Counted from the stretch's first letter, positions 1 through 8,303 are shown. The stretch: DNA of 15,365 nucleotides from Candidatus Eiseniibacteriota bacterium (GCA_031366795.1 JANLOX010000126.1:1-15365), one strand, 5' to 3'. A program made the numbers and translations. Notes: generated by a model from the letters alone, not told the origin.

Positions 1-320
1 AGAACGCTGCGATGCACAAGCACGAATACGGCGGCTGCGCGGTCATCCCCGGATCGAACATCCGTATCGGCGCCTGCGGGATGGCGGAGGACGCGCCATC
101 GCCACTCGAGCTTTGCGCCGCGCAGGACCGGCTTCGTCGAACAGACGAGGGCCGAGTTCTGTCCGATTGCCTCGGCGTGAATCCACGTGCCGGCGGAATC
201 CCGCTGCACGGTGTAGCGCGTGTGTCCTCTGTAGCAGAGTTCCTTCCACTCGCGGTCCAACGCGAGCGTCGAGTTCCAGCCGAGCAGAATCACGGTGGCG
301 AGCGCCAGTGACGACTTCAC
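1..320 (-). CDS. DUF3047-family exported protein, 5' part (runs off the left edge)
   Basis: Not in the ORF track because it has no stop in the window. Manual translation from GTG at 320 gives MKSSLALATVILLGWNSTLALDREWKELCYRGHTRYTVQRDSAGTWIHAEAIGQNSALVCSTKPVLRGAKLEWRWRVLRHPAGADTDVRSGDDRAAAVFVLVHRSV. It has a signal-peptide-like N-terminus and the LxWxWxV...P.GAD....GDD.AA.V.V pattern I associate with DUF3047. The GTG overlaps the upstream TGA (GTGA, 320-317). Confidence 0.75.
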   Translation of the reverse strand, partial: MKSSLALATVILLGWNSTLALDREWKELCYRGHTRYTVQRDSAGTWIHAEAIGQNSALVCSTKPVLRGAKLEWRWRVLRHPAGADTDVRSGDDRAAAVFVLVHRSV

Positions 321-991
321 GACGAGTAGCTTCTCGCGAGCACACGTGCCGGAACGCCCACGTAGTGCATGCTCAGGAGTGCTGCGTTTCGAGCGAGCTG
401 TGGCCCTGGCCCCGTCGCGACGAAGCGCCGCGCGGACGTTGTGACGGAGGCGTTGACGCGAATGAGCTTGCCCTGCCGAGCGAGCGCGAGTGCAAACTCC
501 ACGTCTTCAAGAATGGGTTCGTCGCGGAACCCACCCACGGCCTCGAACGCGGATCGTGCACAAAAGATGGCCTGATCTCCGAAGAACGCCGTACGCCACG
601 GGATCCAACTCAGCGCCGAGAGTATCTGGAGCACCGGGTGATTCACGTCGAACTGCAGTCTAAACGCCCCACCCACGACGCCAGGGCGTGCGAACGCCCG
701 CTCAATGGCGAGCGTTGTCTCACCGGGGAGGCGGGTGTCCGCGTGCAGGAACAGCAGGACCCCTCCCCGACTCGCGGCGGCGCCACGATTCATCTGGTCA
801 CCCCGCGAACTTCTCGGACAGTCGACCCAGATCACATCCGGGTGTCGGCGTTTCACCTCACGGCAGATTTCCATCGCCTCGCCGTGTGCTGCCACGACGA
901 CCTCCCCCGCAAGCTCGAGCGAGGAGAGGGCCGCGAGGCACGCAAGCAGCGTCTCGCCCTCGTTCCGGGAGGGAATGATGATCGAGATCAC
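317..991 (-). CDS. TIGR04283-type GT2 glycosyltransferase (rSAM/selenodomain- and arsenosugar-associated transferase 2)
   Basis: Motifs ISIIIPSRNE, RGDQMNRGA, LLFLHADT, FFGDQAIF, PILEDVEF and TSARRF. Start moved from 1273 to GTG 991 (GGGAG about 10 nt upstream; avoids a long overlap with DUF547). 224 aa. Confidence 0.9.
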   Translation of the reverse strand: MISIIIPSRNEGETLLACLAALSSLELAGEVVVAAHGEAMEICREVKRRHPDVIWVDCPRSSRGDQMNRGAAASRGGVLLFLHADTRLPGETTLAIERAFARPGVVGGAFRLQFDVNHPVLQILSALSWIPWRTAFFGDQAIFCARSAFEAVGGFRDEPILEDVEFALALARQGKLIRVNASVTTSARRFVATGPGPQLARNAALLSMHYVGVPARVLARSYSS

Positions 992-1034
992 GTCACAGTA
1001 CTCCCGGCGACATCGGAGGAACGGCGTCCGCGCG

Positions 1035-1781
1035 TCACCATGACCCGTTGAGGGACCAGTCGTAGTCGAGAAACCGCACGGGCAGCTTGGGGGCGAACTT
1101 GTCTTTCCGGGGCCAGTGCTTCTCGATGAACGCCTGGACGCTTCCCGCCGCCGTCTTGAAGTCGTCGCCGTACCACTTGAAGATCGACGAGACCTCGAGC
1201 CGATGGGCAGGATCGATGTGATTTCGCGCGGGGTCGATGAGGAAACGCACGGTTGCCTGTTCCAGGGTCGCATCGAGGGCAGCGGCCGTCAGAGGGTGCT
1301 CGGGTAATACAGGGCAACTCGCCGAGGCGCAGTTGAGAACGAAGTGAACGCGGGGCTCATGGAAGCGGGCACGCAGGATCCCGTGCTCGATATCGTTCAA
1401 GGACAGTTTCTTTCCGGCCACGATGAATGTCTCGCGAAAGAAGCCCAGTGTCGGCACCCCTAGCGTCTTCCCGACATCCAGTACGCTTCGGAGTTTCGGG
1501 TGGTGGATGACGCCGTCGAGCACCCGGGCGTTGTAGACGTTTACCCAGAACGCGATTTGCTCCTCACGCGGCCAACCATCCGGGTTCGCTTCCCGGGTCG
1601 TGGCCAGATAGCGTTCGAGGGGGCCCGGATCGGCGGCAAGCGCCCCATAGTCGACGCGGCCATCGTGCAGATGTGCTCCCAGCACGGTGTCGAATGCCGC
1701 CTGCGAAAAGGTCTCTGCGCTCACGATGGGAGCCCACGTGAGGAGAACGAGCGACAGCAGGATCCCAGCAACGCGCACCAC
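1035..1781 (-). CDS. DUF547 domain exported protein
   Basis: Motifs GRVDY, QIAFWVNVYNA, LSLNDIEHGILR, EPRVHFVLNCASASCP, VSSIFKWYGDDF and YDWSLN, with a signal peptide (RVAGILLSLVLLTWAPIVSA). Start uncertain: GTG 1781/1778, or ATG 1838 as in the ORF track. Confidence 0.9.
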   Translation of the reverse strand: MVRVAGILLSLVLLTWAPIVSAETFSQAAFDTVLGAHLHDGRVDYGALAADPGPLERYLATTREANPDGWPREEQIAFWVNVYNARVLDGVIHHPKLRSVLDVGKTLGVPTLGFFRETFIVAGKKLSLNDIEHGILRARFHEPRVHFVLNCASASCPVLPEHPLTAAALDATLEQATVRFLIDPARNHIDPAHRLEVSSIFKWYGDDFKTAAGSVQAFIEKHWPRKDKFAPKLPVRFLDYDWSLNGSW

Positions 1782-1860
1782 TTCGTGGCATGCACACTCG
1801 TCGCCTGCCCGCGCTCGCGGGTCCAAGAATCGTTCCATCGCAACCTCCAGAAGATGCGTC

Positions 1861-2892
<1,032 letters not shown>

Positions 2893-2911
2893 CAGTTCTG
2901 GTCTCCCGGGC

Positions 2912-3244
2912 TCACATGCTCAGCTTGGCGGCGACATTTCGCATCTGTACGCCGTGAACCATGCTCGCTCCGCCACGGATGGCGTTCGCGACGTGAACCG
3001 CTTCTGTCATCTGGTCAAGATCAGAGCCCTGCTGAAGGCACGAGTGCGTGTAGGCGTCGATGCAATACGGGCACTGAACGGCGTGGGCGACCGCGAGGGC
3101 GATCAGGCTCTTCTCGCGTTCGGTGAGAGCGCCGTCCTCGAAGACAGCGTCGTAGTACTCCTTGAACTTGGCCCACAACTCGGGCCGATTGCGACCCATG
3201 TCCGAGAAGTGGCCAAGATCCTCAGGCTTGTAATAGCTCTCCAC
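2912..3244 (-). CDS. AhpD/carboxymuconolactone-decarboxylase-fold peroxidase-like protein associated with ArsS (TIGR04169-type)
   Basis: YY.PEDL..F, GALTEREKSLIALAVAHAVQCPYCIDAY and AIRGGASMVHGVQM. GTG start at 3244 preceded by GGGAGG; 110 aa. The ORF-track extension to 3736 is antisense to the sigma gene and is spurious. Confidence 0.9.
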   Translation of the reverse strand: MESYYKPEDLGHFSDMGRNRPELWAKFKEYYDAVFEDGALTEREKSLIALAVAHAVQCPYCIDAYTHSCLQQGSDLDQMTEAVHVANAIRGGASMVHGVQMRNVAAKLSM

Positions 3245-3287
3245 GTAATCCTCCCGCGGGGGCTCGGGTTGCGGCTCCCTCCAGTGG

Positions 3288-3313
3288 GTGCATTGGAGGT
3301 CGCCGGTGTTACA
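3288..3313 (-). promoter_or_regulatory. Candidate ECF-type promoter for the peroxidase-arsS operon
   Basis: TGTAACA-N15-GCAC on the minus strand, about 44 nt upstream of the GTG at 3244. The same spacing recurs at 3971-3996 and 7553-7578. Confidence 0.45.
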
Positions 3314-3427
3314 GTCGGAATGGGCCGCACGAAGGGGCCTCCGGCCCATTAGGGAACCCGGGGCGGGCAGACGTCCCACGGACGAGCTCGCGAGCGATGA
3401 TGAGACTTGAGCACCGGAGTTCCAAGC

Positions 3428-4117
3428 ATGCATGATCAGGAGTTGGTCACCCGCCTCCGAGGCGGCGACGAGGCAGCGTTCCGAGAGCTCGTCGTCAAGT
3501 ATCAGGGGCGTCTGACCCGGCTGGCCCGTTCCTTCTGCCGGAATGATTCTGTGATCGAGGAGGCGGTCCAGGAGACCTGGCTCGCGGTGATCAAGGGTAT
3601 CCATGCGTTCGAGGGCCGGGCGCCCCTCCAGTCCTGGCTCTTCAGCATTCTGGTCAACCACGCGCGCAAGCTCGCGGTCCGTGAACAGAAGCATTCTCGG
3701 GCAGCCCAGGGAATGTCCCCCGCCGGAGAACCGCACGAGGACCCTGTCGAAAGCGCTGACCCCGGCGGCGCCGACGAACGGGAGCCGGGCATGGGTCCAC
3801 GGGGCATGTGGGAGACCCCCCCGGCACCCTGGGGGTTGGAGAACCCCGAGTCGGTCCTCCTGAGCCAGGAGACCCTCCGAGTCATCGAACAGGCACTCGA
3901 GGACATGCCCGAAGCCCAGCGGCGCGTGGTGCTGCTACGGGATGTCGAGGGAATGACCGCGGAAGAGGCGTGTAACATCCTCGGGGTTTCTGGAACAAAC
4001 GAGCGGGTACTACTTCATCGGGGGCGGGCCAGGGTGCGTCGAGCACTCGATGTCTATTTGAAAGAGGGCGGTAGCAGCCCGACTCCCACGCGACATCTGA
4101 GGACCCGATCGACATGA
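3428..4117 (+). CDS. ECF-type RNA polymerase sigma-70 factor
   Basis: Region 2 (DQELV..LRGGDEAAFRELV, EEAVQETWLAVI, FEGRA.LQSWLFSILVNHAR) and region 4 (MPEAQRRVVLLRDVEGM...EACNILGVS.TNERVLLHRGRARVR), joined by a linker with GMW..PP.PW...PE. ATG 3428 has GGAG upstream. Confidence 0.93.
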   Translation: MHDQELVTRLRGGDEAAFRELVVKYQGRLTRLARSFCRNDSVIEEAVQETWLAVIKGIHAFEGRAPLQSWLFSILVNHARKLAVREQKHSRAAQGMSPAGEPHEDPVESADPGGADEREPGMGPRGMWETPPAPWGLENPESVLLSQETLRVIEQALEDMPEAQRRVVLLRDVEGMTAEEACNILGVSGTNERVLLHRGRARVRRALDVYLKEGGSSPTPTRHLRTRST

Positions 4118-4356
4118 TGAACTGCGAACAAGTGACTCGCGCCGCCGGCGACTTCCTCGAGCGCAAGCTAAAGCTCCGCGATCGGATGGCGATCCTCATG
4201 CACATTGCGATGTGCCGGGGCTGTCGCGCCTATGTGGAGCAGATGCGCTTGACGATTCTCGGCCTGCGCTCCCTGAACAAGCCGCTGGGGGCGGGGCCGG
4301 AAATGGAATCGCTGCTCGATCGCTATCGCGACGAGATCAGACGCAAGGACAGCTGA
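4114..4356 (+). CDS. Soluble zinc-binding anti-sigma factor (zf-HC2/ZAS)
   Basis: N-terminal Cys plus HIAMCRGC (HxxxCxxC), 80 aa, no TM segment. ATGA overlap with the sigma stop codon. Confidence 0.88.
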   Translation: MMNCEQVTRAAGDFLERKLKLRDRMAILMHIAMCRGCRAYVEQMRLTILGLRSLNKPLGAGPEMESLLDRYRDEIRRKDS

Positions 4357-4475
4357 GCCAAACGAACCGAGTTGCCCCGGGGCATGCTTCCGTCGCAGTG
4401 CTCGGGACAGTCGGGTCTGGCCTCCGTCTTCCCCCACCCGGTTCTATTCGACGCTCGTTGGGCAATGGGAGAACC

Positions 4476-5576
4476 ATGGCTTGGATACTGATCTTCTCCG
4501 TAATCGCCATCGCCTTCGCGAACGGCGCCAATGACAATTTCAAGGGGGTCGCGACCCTCTACGGCTCCGGGACTGCGGATTATCGGCGAGCCCTGGGCTG
4601 GGCCACACTGACGACAGCGGCGGGCAGCCTTGTGGCGGTGGCACTGGCCGGCTCCCTGCTCGCCCGCTTCACTGGGAAGGGGCTGGTGCCGGACGCCCTC
4701 ACGTCGGACCCCGTATTTCTTGCCTCGGTCGCAGGCGGCGCAGCCATCACGGTGCTGCTGGCGTCGTTTCTCGGTGCCCCGGTCTCAACTACCCACGCAC
4801 TTCTTGGCGCCCTTGTCGGCGCGGGATTCGTTGCGTCCAGCGGCGCCCTCAGGATGACGGGGTTGACCACGACCTTCCTGGCTCCGCTGCTGATCTCACC
4901 GCTGCTCGCGGTCGGATTGGTGACGCTCGTCTATCCCCTGACGCGGCTCGTCGGCCGTCGTGCGGGGAACAACTCCGGGCTCTGCGTCTGCACGACCGAG
5001 GTTCAAGCCATCGCTCCGGCGGCGGCCAGCGGCCTTATTTCAGCATCGAGCGTGCCCATCACGATCGTGAGTTCCACGCGAGAATGCGCCGTTCACGGCC
5101 TCACTCCTACGCTTACATTGCCGCGAACCGTGGATGTTGCCCACTACATCAGTGCGGGTGCGGTCGGATTCGCTCGCGGCGTGAATGACACCCCCAAGCT
5201 GGTCGCGTTGCTGCTCCCGCTCCAGGTGCTGGGCCTGAGATGGGAGCTACCCATCGTGGCGGGCACGATCGCTCTGGGAGGGATTTTCGGGGCTCGACGG
5301 GTCGCACAGACCATGAGCCATCGCATTACAGCCATGACGCCCGATCAGGGCCTCGCGGCGAACCTCGTGACCTCAAGCCTCGTGCTCGTGGCTTCGCGGT
5401 TCGGGCTCCCGGTCTCGACGACGCACGTTTCGACCGGATCCCTGTTCGGGCTCGGTGCGGTGACGCGGGGAGCCCGGTGGAGCGTGATCGGGCGGATCGT
5501 ATTCGCGTGGATCGCGACAATCCCCATCGCGGCTGCGTGCAGCGCGCTTCTCTGGCTGGGGCTTGCGAGGCACTGA
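4476..5576 (+). CDS. PiT/PHO4-family anion (phosphate-like) transporter, variant with a Cys-containing central loop
   Basis: Duplicated PiT halves: NGANDNFKGVATL...PVSTTHALLGA and RGVNDTPK...GLPVSTTHVSTGS, with many hydrophobic helices. ATG 4476 follows GGGAGA; 366 aa. Confidence 0.88.
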   Translation: MAWILIFSVIAIAFANGANDNFKGVATLYGSGTADYRRALGWATLTTAAGSLVAVALAGSLLARFTGKGLVPDALTSDPVFLASVAGGAAITVLLASFLGAPVSTTHALLGALVGAGFVASSGALRMTGLTTTFLAPLLISPLLAVGLVTLVYPLTRLVGRRAGNNSGLCVCTTEVQAIAPAAASGLISASSVPITIVSSTRECAVHGLTPTLTLPRTVDVAHYISAGAVGFARGVNDTPKLVALLLPLQVLGLRWELPIVAGTIALGGIFGARRVAQTMSHRITAMTPDQGLAANLVTSSLVLVASRFGLPVSTTHVSTGSLFGLGAVTRGARWSVIGRIVFAWIATIPIAAACSALLWLGLARH

Positions 5577-6490
5577 TGCGGAATGGAGTGATTGCGCGAG
5601 GCGCCATGCGCGGTGTCCTGCTCCTGGCAGCCGTGGCGGCAGGCGGAGCCGGATTCGTGAGTACGGCCGATGCCGGCGCGTGGAACCAGAACGCGGGCGC
5701 CTGGTTCTTCAAGATCGGGTATGACCAATGGGTCACGAGCCAACGATTCGATTCCTCGGGAACACGTGTGCCCTACCGGGACCCCGCGCCCCCGTTATTC
5801 TTGGACGAGTTCCGCTCCCGTGCACTGCGTGTCTACACGGAGTACGGGCTCACCCCGGTTACGACCGTGAGCGCGAGCGGGGGTTACGAGTGGTTGCGGT
5901 CGATAGGCGACGGGGCGGTCGAGCTCAGCTCAGGCCTCTCGGACCCTCGCTTTCAGGTCAAGCAGAGGATCTTCGAGGGTCCGGTCGCCGTTTCGATGTT
6001 CGGGGACGTGAAGTTGCCCATCGGTTCGCGCCGTCCACAGTCGCCCGCACTGGGCAGCGGTGCCATCGATTACGGAGGTGGAATTGCGGCCGGCGCGGCC
6101 CTGAGATCGCTGTACGTGAGCTCGGAGGTGGGGTACTTCGTGCGCGGCGGACGCCTCGCCGATCAGGTACCGCTTTCCGCAGAAGCTGGCTGGTCGATCA
6201 GGAGTGATCTCGTCGCCCGGGCCGGATTGCGCAGCGCGCTCGCATTGGAGGCGAGACCGGGGGGTCAGGCGGCCTTTGACCCGGCTCGCTCGAACTCGCG
6301 TGATCTCACGGCAAGTCTTGGGGTGGTACTGCGAGGAGATCCCCTGGATTTTGCCATCGAGGGTGAACGCGCGCTCGCCGGCAGGAACACCCTGGCGGGC
6401 GATCGCTTTTCGTTTTCGATCTGGCGTTCGAGCCGGCCGCGCAAGACCACACCCACGTCCCGTCCCGGAGAGAATACAGGAGAACCATGA
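5576..6490 (+). CDS. Exported protein, probable outer-membrane beta-barrel channel (COG4313/Phenol_MetA_deg-like)
   Basis: Signal peptide ending ADA-GAW, amphipathic strands (LRVYTEYGL, YVSSEVGY, LSAEAGW) and a GLSD.RF.VK...VKLPIG....LGSG..D pattern reminiscent of COG4313 channels. TGATG coupling to PiT and ATGA coupling to arsM. Alternative ATG at 5606. The CDS is well supported; the function is tentative. Confidence 0.6.
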   Translation: MRNGVIARGAMRGVLLLAAVAAGGAGFVSTADAGAWNQNAGAWFFKIGYDQWVTSQRFDSSGTRVPYRDPAPPLFLDEFRSRALRVYTEYGLTPVTTVSASGGYEWLRSIGDGAVELSSGLSDPRFQVKQRIFEGPVAVSMFGDVKLPIGSRRPQSPALGSGAIDYGGGIAAGAALRSLYVSSEVGYFVRGGRLADQVPLSAEAGWSIRSDLVARAGLRSALALEARPGGQAAFDPARSNSRDLTASLGVVLRGDPLDFAIEGERALAGRNTLAGDRFSFSIWRSSRPRKTTPTSRPGENTGEP

Positions 6491-7455
6491 GCTATCACGA
6501 CACAACCCGCGCGCGCTATCGCGAGGCCGCACTCACCCCTCAGGCATCGCTCTGCTGCGCAGCGGGACCCGTGTTCCGGTTGCCCGGTCTCGAAGTCCCG
6601 GTCCAGATGTCCGAGATGAACTACGGGTGTGGGACAACCGTTCACATGCAGGATCTCTCGCCCGGCCTGGAGATCCTCTATTTGGGGGTGGGCGGCGGAC
6701 TCGAGGCGCTGCAGTTCGCGTACTTCACGCGGCGGCCGGGATCAGTCATCGCGCTGGATCCCGTCCCGGAGATGCGAGCGAAGGCTGGCGCGAACCTGCG
6801 ACTGGCCGAGGCTTCGAACCCCTGGTTTCGATCCGAGTTCGTGGAGGTCATGGACGGGGATGCTCTCGACATCCCGCTGCCCGATTCTCGCGTCGACCTC
6901 GTGGCGCAGAATTGCCTATTCAACATCTTCACCAGCACCGACCTTGATCGTGCGTTGAGCGAGGCAGCCCGGGTACTCAAGCCGGGCGGGCGCCTCGTCC
7001 TCTCCGATCCGGTGTGCGAGCAACCCATCCCCGATCGGCTCCGGGCAGACGAGCGTCTCAGGGCGGACTGCCTTTCGGGAGCGCTAACGCTCGAGACCTA
7101 CCTCCAGAGGGTCGTAGCCGCAGGCTTCGGCACGGTCGAGATTCGGGGGCGTCGGCCGTACCGGGTTCTTGACCGGCGGCGGTACGGCGTCGAGCGGGAT
7201 ATCCTCCTCGAAACCGTGGAGGCCGTCGCATTCAAGCACCCCGTTGCCGAGGATGGTGCGTGCGTTTTCGCCGGCGAGACTGTGATCTATACGGGCGAGC
7301 ACGAAGCCCTCGACGACGATCGGGGGCACGTGGTCTTGAGGGACGTCCCGCTCTCCGTGTGCAGGAAGACGGCGGCGAGATTCGCGGCGCTTGGACGCGG
7401 CGATATCCTGGTCACGCCCCCGACTTGGCACTACGCCGGCGGGGGATGCTGCTAG
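6487..7455 (+). CDS. arsM: Arsenite S-adenosylmethionine methyltransferase, arsenosugar (cyanobacterial-like) type
   Basis: LCC, EMNYGCGTTVH, SAM loop LYLGVGGGLEALQFAYF, VAQNCLFNIF, RVLKPGG, LRADCLSGAL, DGACVF.G, VCRKTA and terminal TWHYAGGGCC. This matches the ArsM subfamily found beside arsS. Confidence 0.93.
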   Translation: MSYHDTTRARYREAALTPQASLCCAAGPVFRLPGLEVPVQMSEMNYGCGTTVHMQDLSPGLEILYLGVGGGLEALQFAYFTRRPGSVIALDPVPEMRAKAGANLRLAEASNPWFRSEFVEVMDGDALDIPLPDSRVDLVAQNCLFNIFTSTDLDRALSEAARVLKPGGRLVLSDPVCEQPIPDRLRADERLRADCLSGALTLETYLQRVVAAGFGTVEIRGRRPYRVLDRRRYGVERDILLETVEAVAFKHPVAEDGACVFAGETVIYTGEHEALDDDRGHVVLRDVPLSVCRKTAARFAALGRGDILVTPPTWHYAGGGCC

Positions 7456-7552
7456 GCAGATATGCGGGAACGACGGGACGGGTCGAGTCGAGCGGTGGAT
7501 GAGATGTAGGCATCGCCTGCTTGTCAAGAAGTGGCAAACCCCGGGTATCCGG

Positions 7553-7578
7553 TGTAACAGTGAGGGATCCGGGGGAAC
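7553..7578 (+). promoter_or_regulatory. Candidate ECF-type promoter upstream of the FlgD-Ig gene
   Basis: TGTAACA-N15-GAAC in the intergenic region, about 100 nt upstream of ATG 7680. Same geometry as 3288-3313. Confidence 0.35.
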
Positions 7579-7679
7579 TGAACAGTCAGGTCCTGCTTCC
7601 TGACCCGGGGGACTCGAAACCGCCGGGTACCGAGCACCCAAGGGATTTCAAGCAAGTGCCGCCATCGGGAGGAATTCAA

Positions 7680-8303
7680 ATGCATCGCGCCTTCGCCCTG
7701 TCCCTCGGCATGCTTGCCCTGACCTGCGCCGCAGCTTTCGCCGATCCTGCCGTTCGCGTGACCTACGTCGATGGCAGTCCGCAGGTCCAGCTTGAAGGCT
7801 CCTACGCGGGCAGCTACTACGTCGTCTACCGCGGAGACACGCCGAATTTTGGTTACCAGCTCATAACGAACGATCACGTGCTCTGTCTGGGCAGCTGCTT
7901 CGCGCAGGATTCCCAGGCAATTCCGGGGCACACCTATTACTACCGATTCGACCTCACGCCGCCGCAGGGAAACCCTGTGAGCTTCGGGCCATACGCGGTC
8001 CTGATTCCAGTGAACCCGGTCCGAGCCGCTCTATCCCCGAACCCCTCATACGGCGCCACACGTGTCACCCTTTCGCTTCCCGGGAGCGTGCGTGAGACTC
8101 CAGTACAAGCGAACGCTCGCGTCCTGGATGTCCAGGGCCGCACGGTTCGTGTCCTGCATGACGGCCCGCTCGCGCACGGCAGCACGACGCTGACTTGGGA
8201 CGGTCGGGGCGACGATGGGCGGGATCTCGGTGCGGGGCTCTACTTCTTGCTGTTCTCGTCTCCGCTGGGCCGCTCGACGACGCGCGTCATTCGCGTCCGC
8301 TGA
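7680..8303 (+). CDS. Secreted protein with C-terminal FlgD-Ig / T9SS-sorting-like domain
   Basis: GGAGGA RBS and a signal peptide (MHRAFALSLGMLALTCAAAFA). The N-terminal beta domain has YVVYR...D....PG.TYYYR. The C-terminal part reads PNP...T.V...LP...RVLDVQGRTVRVL..G....G...LTWDGR.DDGR.LGAGLYF. 207 aa. Confidence 0.85.
   Translation: MHRAFALSLGMLALTCAAAFADPAVRVTYVDGSPQVQLEGSYAGSYYVVYRGDTPNFGYQLITNDHVLCLGSCFAQDSQAIPGHTYYYRFDLTPPQGNPVSFGPYAVLIPVNPVRAALSPNPSYGATRVTLSLPGSVRETPVQANARVLDVQGRTVRVLHDGPLAHGSTTLTWDGRGDDGRDLGAGLYFLLFSSPLGRSTTRVIRVR

Noticed and set aside
113..1051. Long plus-strand ORF of 312 aa, and similar shadow ORFs such as 2452-3126, 10850-11788, 12214-12981, 13054-13878 and 14205-15140
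   Set aside because: They are antisense or out-of-frame overlaps of well-supported genes, with no recognisable motifs. Such shadow ORFs are expected in high-GC DNA.
3353..3375. GGAAC...CGTC as an autoregulatory ECF promoter for the sigma gene
   Set aside because: The spacer is only 14 nt, against the usual 16-17, and it does not match the repeated TGTAACA motif.
3245..3736. N-terminal extensions in the ORF track (2912..3736, 317..1273, 4212..5576, 5240..6490, 7521..8303, 8381..10837)
   Set aside because: The extensions overlap neighbouring genes or intergenic regulatory DNA. Downstream starts have RBSs or stop/start coupling and match where family homology begins.
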